Source: the human T2T-CHM13v2.0 reference genome, Homo sapiens
DNA: 64,000 nt
Strand: one strand, 5' to 3'
Assembly (NCBI RefSeq): GCF_009914755.1
Contig: NC_060936.1
The translations under genes were made by a program, and so were the position numbers. Below the pieces are notes generated by a model. It did not search any database. It saw only the letters and a program-made list of their open reading frames with translations, and was not told the origin of the DNA. Positions 42,035 to 57,119 of this stretch are shown here, piece after piece. Every line of letters begins with the position of its first letter. Within the stretch, counting starts at the first letter, position 1.

Positions 42035-45000
42035 TTATAGATACTTATCTTTACATTTAATTTTTATTTGACTTTCACTAATTCTGCGAATAGGGATAAA
42101 TTTTGGGCTCCACAGTTAGATAATTATGTTCTCCGAAAAAACAAGAGATAATATCAATGGCAAATGAAGGATGGATCAACATGGGCAGTAGAGTTGGGGC
42201 AATTCAAATGTTTAGAACCAAATTGAATTTTGATATACTGGCAGTTTTTAAAAATATTTAAGCCAAATAATGCAGCTTGCCTTTTCTCTGAATAAAAAGG
42301 TATTAGAGAAGGTATTCAGAAAGAAGGAGCTTAAACTTCAGCTGAAGAGAGATGATCAGGTTTAGGGGTTTTGTTTTTGTTTTTTTAGCACCTTCTGTTA
42401 CACTGTGTGGGAGAAAAAAATTGAGAGTCAGTTAAGCAGATGGCTGTGGAATGTAAGGCTTTCTGTACTGCTTTACACTGTGGTCTATAAAGGTCTGCAT
42501 TTGGGTTTTGGGGGATCTACATACCCAGCACCCTATAAACACTTAGGAGGTTCTCTGTAGTGACCTCAAGTGAGGATGGTGACAGACTTGAGAATTCCCA
42601 AAGTCAGGAGGTCACAGTGGCAGGAAGATGAGGTAGGCAAGACCATATCATTCCCAAGGGCCTCATAACTAGGAAAAACTATTTTTATTTATGTATTTAT
42701 TTATGTTATTAGAAGCCATAAAGAAACTGTTATGGCTAGTTGTTAACGGTGTGGGAAAATGTCTAAGTTACATTAATAGGCCCAAAGGAAGAAAACAGCA
42801 AAACAAGATGCATATAGTTTGTGTGGTATGATACCAAATTATATAAAGACAAACTACATAGAGAAAGAAGATGACCAGCCAATAGTTAACAATAGTTGCC
42901 TTTGAGAGAAGAAATTATGGACTTTTTTCTTCCTTATACTTTTCTGTTCTTTCTGGTTTTCTGTAGTGAGCATAATGATTATAGCCATCATATATTGAGT
43001 TCTTATTATACTATGCTGAGCATTTTATATACATTATCTCATTTTATTCTTATAATCACTCTATTCAGTAGGTGGTTTTATCCTATTAGCAGATGAGACT
43101 CAGAGCGCTGTAGTGACTTGGGAATTGGACCTTAAACCATGGTCTTTCTGATACCAAAAGGAACTTCCTGACAGCTTAAATATTAGCTCCTTTAGAAAGT
43201 GGGAAAAACAGTCACTTATCTTAGAAGGACACAGTATATTAAGACTTTTATATTATTCAGGATTATAAATTTAATTATGAATATTAAGAGATTCTAATTG
43301 CTTAATATCTCTTAAATTAACTAGAAGCCCAAGACAGATGAAAATTAATACCTCTTGGGGCTAGGATGTAGTGATTGTTACTAGCAAACATTTTGGATGC
43401 ATCCACAGCCAAGGATTAACCTGAGCAATTAGAATGCATCCAGTTGTGTATACTCACGCTTCACAGAGTGGCATAGGAGCCACTGATAGTGCACGCACTG
43501 GTCTCACACAATATTCCTGCTTAGGCTATGCCAAATCTATATTTTTTCCTTCAGGCTTAAATTAAGAAATAGGCTGTAAGAAAAAAAGACATTCAGACAT
43601 CACTTCATTAGTCTCATCAAAAATTATTTTATATCTTCATTAGTTATTCAGTTGTGATTGAGTGTTGAGATTTTTTGATCATTTTGGAATTTCACCTTTG
43701 CTTTTTGCTGAAGCAGAAGATAAAGGGACTTTTTCCTGCGTCTCCATCTCTGAGCTGGGAAAGTAGGTGAGAATCATTTCTCTTCACTCATTGCCACTAG
43801 CAATCCAGAAATCACATGCAATTGAGAAATCATGTTGAGGCAGCTTGCAAATGTATAAGCATTATCTCATTTAATGCTTACAGCCTGGACCTTATGAAAC
43901 AGATACTGCTATTGGCTGCATCTGACTGAAGAGGAAGCCAAGGCTTAGAGGAATAAAGTAACTTGTCCAAGATGGCACAGTAAGCAGTAGAGTTAGGATT
44001 GAATCCAAGCAATCTAACTCCTAAGCTTTTACCATTAACCATTACAATATACTAACTCTGAAGCCCAAGTTCTGTATTTGTGCATATGATCCTGGGAAAT
44101 TCTCTAAGCCATTTTCTTCTCTGTAAAAAGAGATAAAAGGACCTCTGTTATAGGGCTATTGTGAAGATAAACTATAACATATATATGTTATTCATATATA
44201 ATATGCTTCATATATAAAGTGTGAAGCATATTATGTGGCCCATTCTTGCTGTTCAGAAAGCCAATTTTCATTCCTTTTCTTACACATTTTTGGCCCTGAT
44301 AGCTCTGAGAAGTAAACAGTACCGAATTGCTTGACTTGGAGAAGGTGGGGCTCCTTCTAAAAATCCTTTGTTTGAGAAAGAGAAATTATTGTACAATTAT
44401 TTTAAAGCAAAACACTATGCAAATTTGAGAAAGGCTTGGGAAGGGGATTATGGCTAGGCTCTAAGGATACTTATAAAATGCCATAAGTTTTAATTCCAAG
44501 AAAGGTGACTGGCTAATAAACGTCCAGTTATGTATTTCCATGTGAAAACAATTTAGAGTCAATAAGAAGTCAAACTTCCTTGGGCAGATCTCTAGAAATG
44601 TGGGCAGAATCTGCCATCTGCAGCTATTGTAGGATATCTCTTTGAAAAGGACTGCTGTAATTTAGGAGGTTGGAAGTCAGTGGCTAAATGCCCAAATAAA
44701 CAGCATTTGGGTTAAGAGAAATGGAACAAACTTGTACGGGGTTTAACTTCCAAAGAACTTACTTAAGGTTTTCAGTTGCTTCCTCAGTTACTGAGGGTTT
44801 TTCCTCCAAGGCTTCTTACAGGTTGAATTAAAAAAAAAATACAAGGCTCCTAACTTTAAAATGTTAATTCTCCTCCCCACTCACCAACAACACAACACAA
44901 AACAAAAAAACTATACACCTCCATTTGCAAAAAAAAAACAAAAAACACTGAAAAGATAGAGAAGGGGAGGGAAAGGGTATGTGATCTTTCCTCTGGCCCT

Positions 45001-45209
45001 TGGATCTCAACATAGTTGGAAGAAGCCCTCTTCCCACTGCCAGGTGATGAGAATTGTGCAGCTGAGCCTGTAACAAAGGTACATCTCACGGAAGCCCAAG
45101 CAGAATTCTAGGTGGAAGCTGACTATGAGAAGCTGACAGTGAAGCTGCTTTACCTGGGAGAGAGGCTCCTCCAGATTTTCTTCCCTTCAGTTGTCTGATT
45201 TAACATAAA

Positions 45210-45490
45210 TAGTAGCTCATGCCTGTAATCCCAGCACTTTGGGAGGCTGAGGCGGGCAGATCGTTTGAGGTCAGGAGTTTGAGACCAACCTGACCAACAT
45301 GGTAAAACCCTGTCTCTACTAAAATACAAAAATTAACCAGGCATGGTTAATCTCAGCTACTCGAGAGGCTGAGGCAGGAGAATCACTTGAACCTAGGAGG
45401 CAGAGGTTGTAGTGAGTGAAGATTGCACCACTGTACTCCAGTGTGGGTGACAGGGCGAGACTCTTTCTCAAAAAAAAGAAGAAAAAGAAT
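45210..45490 (+). mobile_element. AluS-like
   Basis: Alu dimer, slightly 5' truncated. Confidence 0.85.
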
Positions 45491-45739
45491 AGCCAAGAAC
45501 CTAGCCTTGAAATCCCAGCTTTCAAAACCTCACTTAGGGAAGAGGGCCTGCTCACCCGTGTTGGTGTACCCTAAGTTTAACAGATTAGATTTTCCTGGTA
45601 GTACAGATATATTGTTCTCTAGACACCATCTTAGCCCCCTCTCAGCACTTTTAGTGATGTCCTTCATAGACAATTTTAGTTTGTGTCATGTTAGTTAACA
45701 CTGGTGAATATATGTTTGCCCTCTCTCTCTTCATGAATC

Positions 45740-46610
45740 AGCCTATTTTGATGAATACTATGAGACATCTACAAATGGACAATGACTAGACCATGTAAAA
45801 AAATAGAACGTTGACCCATGACCTGCCCAAGAAACCATCCCCCTTATCTACAATAAACAGTCCAAGAAGCCAGCCTGTTATAAGTCAAACTTGCAGGAAG
45901 CCAGGTTGCTGTCTCTGATGACAATCCAGGAAGCTAAGTAATAATTTCTGTAACAATAGTCCCCTAATGAGAGCCAGGCATGGTGGCCCTTACCTGTAAT
46001 CCCAACGCTTTGGGAGGCTGAGGCAGGAAAATTGCTTGAACCCAGGAGTTTGAGACTAGCCTGGGCAACATAGTGAGACCTCATCTCTTCAAAAAAATTA
46101 AAAAATTAGCTGGGTGTGGTGTCACGCACCTTTAGTCCCAGCTACTTGGGAGGCTAAGATGGGAGGATCACTTGAGCCTGGGAGGTCAAGGCTGCAGTGA
46201 GCAGTGATCACTGTACTCCAGCCTGGGCAACAGAGGAAGACCCTGTTTCCCAAAAAAAAAAAAAATTCCCAAATGGCCAGGACTTGATTCATAACTGACA
46301 GCTTTCCTTAATTTTTGTTCCCATTTTCAACTTAGATTCAACCAGAGACAGCCAAACATGCACCCCCCAACCCATCACACGAGATGTCCCACTTTTTATT
46401 ACCTTGACTACAGCTTCCCCATGCCAACAGCCTCCATTCAAGCCACATTTCAAGCCTTCCCTTTTCTCACCTGTAAATCTTTGCCACTCCTCTGCCTGCC
46501 TTTGAGTTTCTGCCAAAACACAAATGGCAGTTATGGTGGCGGACTTCCTCAGTATAGCAAGGTCTAAATAGCGTTTGCTTTTCTCATTTGGTTGATCTTT
46601 ATTTCCACAA
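45740..46610 (+). mobile_element. MER31-like LTR interrupted by an Alu (45972-46265)
   Basis: AAATGGCCAGGACTTGATT...TAACTGACAGCTT...CCAACAGCC signature recalled from MER31. Confidence 0.6.
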
Positions 46611-46829
46611 TACAGATAATATTTTATACATATTTTATACTCCATATTTTTGCATTCCATATTTCTTCTCAAAGGAATTCTGCATAATCAAATTCTGGTA
46701 GGACATTGGGTAAGCCGCACCCAAGAGTTAACCAAAGTTGTGGGTAAAAAGGAGGTGGAGAAGGAGTTATCTGAGCAATTGAGGATCATTCCCTAAACCC
46801 ATCATTACCATAAGACTCTCCTAAAAAGT

Positions 46830-48055
46830 ACTCTCCTACCCGTTTCTAATCAGTTCCTTCCACTTCAGGCAACCACTTCTGACTCGTATCACTATAGATA
46901 GATTTGTTTTCTTTTGTATGTGTAGACTCATACAATATGTATTTGTATTTGACTGCTTTCAATCAACAAGATATTTTTGAGACATATTCATGTTTTATAT
47001 ACCAGTAGTTCATTCCTTGTTATTGCTGAGTGGTATTTCATTGTATAAACATATCCCAATTTGTTTATTCATTCTCCTGTCGATAGATGTTCCGGTTGCT
47101 TCCAGTTTGCAACTAGTGTGAATAAGCTTGCTATGAGCATTCTTATAAAACTCTTTTAGAACATAAACGTTTTCATTTATATTGGGTAGATACATCAAAG
47201 TGAAATTCCTGGGTCATATGGTAAATGTATGTCTAATTTATAAGAAGTTGCCAAACAGTTCCTCAGAATAGTTACACCATTTTTTTATCCCACCAACAAT
47301 GTATTAGGGTTACACTTGCTCCACATCCTAGCCAAACTTGCTGTTGTTAGTCTTTGATTTTAGCATTTTAATGCATATAAAATGTTGTTTTATTGTGCCA
47401 TTAATTTGCATTTCCTGATGACTAATTATCTTTTCCTATGTTTTTTGGTTTCTCATACATCTTCTTTAATGAATTGTTTATTCATATCTTTTGCCCCTTT
47501 TTTGACTTTTTATTATTGATTTGTTTTTTATGTTCCAGATACAAGTCAAATATAAAAATGTTTAATGTTAATGAAGTTCAGTATATCAATTTTTTTCTTT
47601 TATGATATGGCTTTTTGCATCCTGTTCAAGGATGCCTACCCCCAAGAACATGAAGATATTTTACTTCTATAAGTTTTATGGTTCTGAGTTTTACATTCAG
47701 GTCTCCAATTTATCTCAAATTAATTTTTGTGTGTGAAATGAGATACAAGTCAACCTGGATAGATATCCAGTCTGTTAGCACCATTTGTTCAAGAGACTTT
47801 CCTTTCTCCATTGAAGTGACTTGGCACCTTGGACAAAAATCAATTGATGTATATGTGTGGGTCTATTTCTGGACTCTGTTCTGTTCCCTTGATCTGTTTG
47901 TCTATGCTTATGCCAATATACATTTGTCTTGAGTATTGTAACTTTAATTCTTGAAATGTGGTAGTATAAGCCCTAAGAACAAAAAATAATATTTTTAAGA
48001 TTATTAAATAGCATCTCTAGAGATTATTTTCCTATTCTAGAGCCTTTGCATGTCC
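46830..48055 (-). mobile_element. Older, more diverged L1M 3' fragment
   Basis: degenerate L1 ORF2 C-terminal and 3' UTR sequence (ORF 47010-47198 resembles the ORF2 end). Confidence 0.65.
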
Positions 48056-48739
48056 TTAGAAAATTTTATTTAATTTCAGATTTTTGTGGGTACATAGTAA
48101 GTATATATATTTATGAGGTACATGAGATACTTTGATACAGGCATGCAATGCTTAATGATCACATCATGAAAAATGGGATATCCATCCCCTCAAGCATTTC
48201 TTCTTTGTATTACAAACAATCCAGTTATATTCTTTTAGTTATTTTCAAATGTAGAATTAAATTATTTTCACTACAGTCACCCTGTTGTACTATCAAATAC
48301 TAGCTCTTATTCTTACTTTCTAACAATTTTTTTTGTACCCATTAACTACCTCCATCTCCCCGCTACCCTTCCCCACTACCCTTCCCAGCCTTTGGTAACC
48401 ATCCTTCTACTTTCTATCCTCAGGAGTTCAATTGCATTGATTTTTAGATCCCACAGATAAGTGAGAACATGTGATGTTTGTCTTCCTGTGCCTGGCTTAT
48501 TTCACTTAATATAATGACTTTCAGTTCTATCCATGTTGTTGTAAATGACAGGATCTCAGTCTTTTTTTATGTCTGAATAGTACTCTGTTGTGTCTAAGTA
48601 CCACATTTTCTTTCTCCATTCATCTATTGATGGACACTTAGGTTGCTTCCAAATCTTGGCTGTTATGAACAGTGCTGCAACAAACTTGGGAGTGCACATA
48701 GTGCAGATAGTGCAGTTATCTCTTTGATATACTGATTTC

Positions 48740-49143
<404 letters not shown>

Positions 49144-51708
49144 TGAGGAACTTCCAAACTGTTCTCCATAGTGGTTGTACTAATTTACATTCCCACCAAG
49201 AGTGTACAAGAATTCCCTTTTCTCCACATCCTCTCCAGCATTTATTATTGCCTATCTTTTGGTTAAAAGCCATTTTAACTGGCATGAGATTATATCTCAT
49301 TGTAGTTTTGATTTGCATTTCTCTGATGATCGTAATGTTAGGCACCTTTTCATATACTTGTTTGCCATTTATATGTCTTCTTTGGAGAAATGTCTATTCA
49401 AATCTTTTGCCAGTTTTTAAATTGGATTATTCTGTTTTTTCCTATAGAGTTCTTGGAGCTCCTTATATATTCTGGTTACTAATCTCTTGTCAGATGGATA
49501 GTTTTCAGATATTTTCTCCTATTCTTTGGGTTGTCTGTTCACTTTGTTGATTGTTTCCTTGCTGTGCAGAAGCTTTTTAACTTGATGTGATCCCATCTGT
49601 CCATTTTTGCTTTGGTTGGCTGTGCTTGTGGGGTATTATTCAAGAAATTTTTACCCAGACCAGTGTCCTGGAGAGTTTCCTCAATGTTGTCTTATAGTAG
49701 TTTCATGGTTTGAGGTCTTAGACTTACCTCTTTAATCCATTTTGATTTCATTTTTGTACATGGTGAAAGACAGGGGACTAGTTTCATTCTTCTGCATATG
49801 GATATCCAGTTTTCCCAGAACCATTTATTGATGAGACTGTCTTTTCCCCAGTGTTTATTCTTGGCGCTTTTGCTGACAATGAGTTCACTGTAGGTGTGTG
49901 GATTTATTTCTGGGTTCTCTATTCTGTTCCATTGGTCTGTGTGTCTGTTTTTATGCCAGTACCATGCTGTTCTGGTTACTATAGCTCCGTTGTATAATTT
50001 AAAATCAAGTAATGTGATTCCTCCAGTTTTGTTCTTGTTGCTCAGGATTGCTTTGGCTGTTCTGGGTCTTTTGTGATTTTATATAAATTTTAGGATTTTT
50101 TTTCTGTTTCTGTGAAGAACACCATTGGTATTTTGATAGGGATTACATTGAATCTGTAGCTTGCTTTGACTAATATGAACATTTTAACAATATTGAACAA
50201 TCCACGAACATGGAATATCTTTCCAGTTTTTTGCATCCTCTTCAATTTCTTTCGTCAGTGTTTTATAGTTTTCTTGTAGAGATGTTTTATTTCTTTTATT
50301 AATTACTAGGTATTTAATTTTATTTGTGGCTCTTATAAATGGGATTACTTTTTTTATTTCTTTTTCAGATTGTCCACCTTTGGCATATAGAAATGCTTCT
50401 GGTTTTTGTATGTTGATTTTATGTCCTGCAACTTTACTGAATTTATCAGTTCTAAGAGTTTTCTGGTGGAGTCTTTGGATTTTTCTCAGTATAAAATCAT
50501 ATCACCTGTAAACAAGGATAATTTGACTTCTTCCTTTCCGATTTGTATGCCCTTTATTTCTTTTTCTTGTCCAATTGCTCTAAGTAGGACTTCCAGTACT
50601 ATGTTGAGTAACAGTGGTGAAAGTGAGTATCCTTGTTGTGTTCCAGATCTTAGAGAAAAGCTTTCAGTTTTTCCCTATCCAGTATAATATTAGCTGAGAG
50701 TCTGTCATATATGGCTTTTATTATATTGAAGTATGGTCCTTCAATACCTAGTTTTTTGAGGGTTTTTAACCACGAAGGGTGTTGAATTTTATAAAATGCT
50801 TTTTCAACGTCAATTGAAATGATCATATGGTTTTTGTTGTTTATTCTGTTGATATGATGTATCACACTGATTGATTTGCATATGTTGAACCTTTCATGCA
50901 TCCCAGAGATAAATCCAACTTGGTAATGATGAATGATCTTTTTAATGTGTTGTTGAACTTGGTTTGCTAGTATTTTGTTGGGGTTTTTTTGGAAATATAT
51001 TTTTGCATCAATATTCATCAGAGATATTAGCCTGTTGTTTTCTTTTTTTGATATTTCCATGTCTGGTTTTAGTATCAGAGTAATACTGGCCTCATAGAAT
51101 GAGTTTGGAAGTTTCTCTCCTCCTTTATTTTTCAGAATAATTTAAATAGGATTGACATTGGTTCTTCTTTAAATGTTGGTTAAAACTCAGCAGTGAAGCC
51201 ATCAGGTCCTGAGTTTTTCTTTACTAAATGGCTTTTTATTACAGCTTTGATCTTGTTACTTGTTAATTGGTCTGTTCAGGTTTTGGATTTCTTCATGGTT
51301 CAGTTTTGGTAGGTTGAATGTGTCTAGGAATTTATTCACTTTCTCTAGATTTTCCAATTTATTGGCATGTAGTTGCTCATAGTAACCACTAATGCTACTT
51401 TGAATTTCTGTGGTATCAGTTGTAATGTTTCCCTTTTCATTTCTGATTTTATTTATTTGGGTCTTCTCCCTTTTTTTCTTCATTAGTCTGGCTAAAGGTT
51501 TGTCAATTTTGTTTATCTTTCCAAAAGATAAACAACCTCTTGTTTCATTGATCTTTTGTATTTTCTTCATTCCACATTCATTTATTTCTGCTCTGATCTT
51601 TATTATTTCTTTTCTTCTACTAATTTGGGGTTTTGTTTGCCCTTTTCTAGTCAAGATGCACCATTAGGTTATTAATTTGAAGTTTTTCTTCTTTTTTGAT
51701 GTCAGTGC

Positions 51709-52223
51709 TGCTGAGACCAGCTCGGTTGGGGAGACCCTAACCCAGTGGCGCTAGAGGAATTAAAGACACACACACACAGAAATATAGAAGTGTGAAGTGG
51801 GAAATCAGGGGTCTCACAGCCTTCAGAGCTGAGAGCCCCAAACAGAGATTTACCCACATATTTATTAGTAGCAAACCAGTCATTAGCATTGCTTCTATAG
51901 ATATTGAATTAACTAAAAGTATCCCTTATGGGAAAAGAAGGGAAGGGCCAAATTAAAGGAATAGGTTGGGCTAGTTAACTGCAGCAGGAACATGCCCTTA
52001 AGACACAGATCGCTCATGCTATTGTTTGTGGCTTAAGAATGCCTTTAAGCGGTTTTCCACCCTGGGCGGGCCAGGTGTTCCTTGCCGTCATTCCTGTAAA
52101 CCCACAACCTTCCAGCTTGGGTGTGAGGGCCATCATGAACATGTTACAGTGCTGCAGAGATTTTGTTTATGGCCAGTTTTGGGGCCAGTTTATGGCCAGA
52201 TTTTGGGGGGCTTGCTCCCAACG
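51709..52223 (-). mobile_element. 3' LTR (MER9 family)
   Basis: direct repeat of 57269-57784 (~94-95% identical by eye), preceded by a polypurine tract. Confidence 0.88.
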
Positions 52224-52244
52224 TGTCTCCCTTCTTTGATTTGC

Positions 52245-53295
52245 AAAGAGATAAAAGCAAGGGCGGCTTTGTCACAGTGAGCTACTTCTTGCAGGAGTCA
52301 GAATCTGCATCTGCAGACTATACAAAGAAAAACAACGTAGATTAAAAGCACAGTCATCATTGAAATCACAGAGCTTCCAAGTGTTTTTATCCATTTTAAT
52401 GGATTACTAGCTGCTAATTTGTCTGCAGCACCTTTAAGCACTCCAGTTCCTGGCATTAAGGTCAGGTGTGCCTGGGATGCTTTAAATATTTGTTCTTTAA
52501 TTTTGCAATATCCAAAGGCAAGTTTGTAGAGTGTCTTTGTAGATGGTTTTTATTTTTTCCTAAATTTTGATCTTATTAAGAGCTATTAATAGTTTCCACA
52601 AATCCTTATGTTTAGCTCCCACAACGAGCCCTATCATTTGAGGTTGAGGTGCCACTATACCACCATGGTTCCAGATAATAGGAACTTTTGCCGTACTTTT
52701 TGGTATTTCTACCATGTGATCAGTTTGTTCAGATCATCTGAACATAGTCTGGCCATGGCACGCAGACTGAGAGGTGCAATTCAAGCTTAACATTCCCTTA
52801 GGGGACCAATTAATAATGATTCCATAGGAATCGTTGTGCAGCACCTCTGCCTGTTTTGCAAAGCAATCTTCCTAAACAAGTACGTTCATTTTTTCTAACT
52901 GGGTCCAATCCTGTTTACAAATAGGTTTTTGAGGGTGGTATGCCTCAATTATAGGAGCAGATTTATTATGGTAAATACCGAGATCAGAAAGCATGTGTAA
53001 CTGTGTCATAGAGTGATTGCATCCAGGCATTATTACCGGCCCTTATTGAAGGAATACTCACGACAGTGGTGATAACCACTATCATAGCTACCATTAAATT
53101 ATTCATTGTGACTGGTTGTCCCGCTTTCCTCAGGTTTTCTTCCTCCATCTCTGACAGCTTCTTGATCTGTCCCCAGGTGGGTGGCTGTGGTTGACGGGTG
53201 TTGCTCGTAACTGTTGGGGTCCTCCTCAGCATCGGTCTCGACATGGCTGCAACCGGGGGGTCCTCGGGATCCTCCTGGAGTCTCTTCCTCGGCAT
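52245..53295 (-). pseudogene. ERV env remnant (signal peptide plus deleted SU/TM)
   Basis: PPTWGQIKKL followed by hydrophobic LMVAMIVVITTVVSIP, typical of HML env leaders; only ~1 kb remains before the 3' LTR. Confidence 0.7.
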
Positions 53296-53299
53296 CTGG

Positions 53300-55593
53300 C
53301 TCCTGATAAGGTTTCAGGTGTCTTGATGGTATCCAAATCGGCTGTTGATTTTGGCCTGGAGAAATACAAGCATAACCTCTACCCCAAGTTATTATTTTAC
53401 CTATTTCGCACCTTTTTGTTATTGGCTCTGTCCACCAAATCAGTTGTTCTGTTTCTGTCTTTGCAGCTGGTTTCTGTAGATGCTGTTCAGCTGCTGATAG
53501 CATCTGGCCTTTGGGCAGGCTCAAAAAATTTAAAGTTAATAATGCTAGGTTCAGTTGCATTTGTGGGGGTTCAGTATTCTCTGTCTCTCCCTTTCTGCTT
53601 TTGCAACTGCTGTTTTAGGGAGAGAGATTCATTCTTTCCACTATGGCTTGTCCTTGAGAATTGTATGGGATACCAGTAATGTGTTTAATATTCCACATAG
53701 AGAAAAATGTAGCTAGAGCTTGGCTAGTATAGCCTGGGGCATTCTCTGTTTTAATAGAAGCCCATCACCACAAAACACTGCAAAAGGTGACATTTAACAC
53801 GGGCAGAAGACTCTTCTGATTGGCATGCAGCCCAGACAAAGTGAGAAAAGGTGTCCACACATACATGTACATAAGCTAGTCTCCCAAACGAGGGAACATG
53901 TGTGGCATCCATTTGCCAAATAGAGTTAGGTTACAGTCCTCGAGGGTTAACTCCTCCTGTAAAAGATGAGGAATGTACCATTTGGCAAGTTGGGCATCAC
54001 TGGATAATAGCTTTAGCTTCATTCCAGGTAATGCTATATCTGCATTTGAGACCAGAGGCATTGACATGGGTTGAATTGTCAAAGTGTCCAGCATTAGATA
54101 TTGCAATAGCAACTAGGCCATCAGCCATTTAATTCCCTTCAGTCAAAGGTCCTGGAAGAGGTGTATGAGCTCTAATGTCAGTGATGTAAAAAGGGTGCAT
54201 TCTACTCCTAACTGCTATTTGCAGTTGGGTAAATAAAGTCATCGGTTGTTCATCTGTATGAAATCGTAACTGAGAATTTTCAATTAACCGTGTGGAGTGA
54301 ACCACATATGAAGAATCAGAAATCACATTAATAGGCATTTCAAAAGCAGTCAATACCTCAATTACAGCTACAAGCTCCGCTTTTAGAGCTGAAGTATAGG
54401 GCGTCTGAAAAACTTTACCTTTTGATTCAAAATAAGAAGCTTTACCATTACGAGACCCATCTGTAAAAACATTCTCAACACCTTCAATTGGTTTAAATTT
54501 AGTTATTTTAGGGAGAATCCAATTAGTTAATTTCAAAAAACTGAAACAGCTTCGTTTTAGGAAAATGATTATCGAGAATACTCACAAAGTCAGCTAAACG
54601 GGTTTGCCAAGTAAGACTATTTATAAAAGCTTGCTGTATTTGTGCCTTCGTGAGAGGGACAATAATTTTTCCAGGATCATATCCATGTAATTTAACAATC
54701 CGAGTTTTCCCAATCCCTATCATTGTAGCAATTTGATCTAAATAAGGAGTTAGAGTCCGTGAATTAGTATGTGGAAGAAAAAGCCACTCTACTAAGTCCT
54801 GTTCTTGGACAATAACACCAGTAGGTGAATGCTGAGTTGAAAAAATTAGCAAATCTAGGGTCTTCTCTGGATCTATTCTATTTATTTGAGCTTTATGGAC
54901 TTGCTTCTCAATCAGTTGTAACTCTGCCTCTGCCTCCTTTGTTAATTGCCAAGGGCTAGTGAGACTAGGATTTCCTCTAAGGATAGAAAACAGATTACTC
55001 ATGGCATAGGTAGGAATGCCTAGAGCAGGTCGTATCCAATTAATATCCCCTAGTAATTTTTGAAAGTCATTTAATGTTTTTAGTTGATCCCTACGTATGG
55101 TTACTTTTTGTGGCACAATGGTAGTGTCATTTACTCAGGTCCCCAAGTAGGAGTAGGGAGTAGTAGTCTGAATTTTGTTAGGAGCTATAATTAAACCAGC
55201 ACGAGAAATTGAATTTTGTAAGTGATCATATAACACTTAGCAGGCTGCAGGTTGTTTACTGCAGGAATTGTAAATGCAAACCATTCACAGTGTTGCTCAG
55301 CTAAAGGGATAGTAAAGAAACAGTCTTTTAAATCTATGACTGTTAAAGGAATTGATGGCTTTTAAGTCAGTTAACATTCTCCATTTACCTGATTTTTTCT
55401 TAATTACGAAAACTGGAGAATTCCAAGGGGAAAATGTTGGCGCTATGTGCCCATTTTCTGATTGTTCAGCAAGCAATTTCTCTAAAGCCTCCAATTTTTC
55501 TTTACTTAGCGGCCATTGTTCTATCCAAATTGGCTTGTCTGTTAACCATTTTAAAGGTATAGGTTCTGGAGGCTTAACAATGGCCGCCATCAA
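53300..55593 (-). pseudogene. ERV pol remnant (RT, RNase H, integrase; frameshifted and deleted)
   Basis: [48 protein letters not shown]...AELVAV, WGRGYAC motifs in different frames. Confidence 0.88.
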
Positions 55594-55599
55594 AAATGA

Positions 55600-56430
55600 T
55601 TTCCTAATCTTTGGTGGGAACTTTGTTTTTCCACTTTAAGCGGTTCTTTCAAACCATGCAAATTTTTTTCTAGTCCCATACCAGGGACATACCCCATTTC
55701 ATGAATCATATGTTGACTTTGAGGGCTATATAATTGTTCTGGAATTAGAACTTGTGCTCCCCATTGTTGTAATAAATCTCTTCCCCATAAATTTATAGGT
55801 ACAGAAGTTATAATTGGTTGAATAGTCCCAGGTCATCCATCGGGCCCCTCACAATGCAAAATATAACTACTTTGATATACTTCAGTGGCTTTACCAACTC
55901 CAACTATGTTCAATTGAGCGGATTGAATTGGCCACGTGGACAGCCAGTGCTATAGAGAAATGATTGAAATGTCCGTTCCTGTATCTCCCAAACCTTTACA
56001 TTTCCTTCCCTGAATAGTTATTTCACAGGTAGGACGTTTATCAGTAATTTGATTTACCCAATAAGCTGCTTTGCCTTGTTTATTTGTGCTTCCAAATCCT
56101 CCTGTTCGTTTAATTTCACTTTTTCCCATTCCCACATATGGCACAATCAGGAGCTGTGCTATGCGCTCTCCTGGCTCTGCTTTCCAGGGAACAGAAGTAG
56201 ATATAACAATTTGAATTTCCCCATTGTAATCTAAATCAATGACTCCTGTATGTATTTGTACGCCTTTTAAACTTAAACTAGGCCTTCCTAGAAGTAATCC
56301 TATTGTCCCTGCTGGCAAGGGTCCACAGACTCCTGTTGGGACCTTTTGCGGGGGTTCCCCAGGCAGAAGGCTCACAGCTTTTGTGCAGCATAAATCTACT
56401 GCAGCTCTACCGGCTGTGGTGGGGGACAGA
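55600..56430 (-). pseudogene. ERV dUTPase-protease remnant
   Basis: GVIDLDYNGEI, RIAQLL and RTGGFGST dUTPase motifs; GDTGTD, a mutated DTGAD protease motif; betaretrovirus architecture. Confidence 0.85.
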
Positions 56431-57119
56431 CATTGTACAGGGGTGAGGGAATGGCCTGAGCTGGAAATGCCCTGGTTTAGAATGGGGCCCGGGACAGGCC
56501 CCTCATGGTGTTTCCCAAAATCAGGTTCCCATCTTTATCAAACTTAGAGTGACACTGACTAGTCCAGTGTTTTCCTTTTTTTATATGTTGGACCTATTTC
56601 AGACTCAACAGTTTTCCTTTTTCCTCTATCTGGCGGCCTGACTCGCTGATTTTTTCTACATTCTTTTTTAGTATGAATAGCTTTTTTAAATTCTTTGAGT
56701 AATTTAAAAGGAAAAGGCTCAAATGTAGCTGTAATATTTCCCTGTTGATCTGGGGGGTTTGTTCTAACAGGGAACCGCCAAACCTCTAAATCACCCTCTC
56801 GTATAGCTTGCTGAATTCCTGCCTGAATAGAACTAAGAGCCGTCACTCGAGGTGCCGCTCGAAGAGTCACTGGGGCAACTACTTTTCGCCCAATGTCCTC
56901 CGGAAAAGAAAGATCCGGGGGGTCATTTTCTTCAAAATAATAAGGAGGGGGTGCAGAAGGGTAGGGATGAACCTCTCCTTCCTTTGCCACTTTAGCTTTA
57001 GCTGGCAAATAAACCTGCTCTGTAACCTCTTCTGTTACTTCACTATTCTCTTGTTCCTCCTCATTATCAGTGTGAAAAAGTTCTAAGGTGAAACGAACCA
57101 GACCCCATCCCTGTCCCAT
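56430..57119 (-). pseudogene. ERV gag remnant (heavily deleted)
   Basis: MGQ start, PSAPPPY late-domain-like motifs, IQAGIQQA and FEPFPFKLLKEFK segments, then a jump to nucleocapsid-like sequence; most of capsid is missing. Confidence 0.75.

Noticed and set aside
52165-52200. Repeated TGGCCAGTTT units resembling a repeat array
   Set aside because: Intrinsic feature of the MER9 LTR, present in both LTRs.
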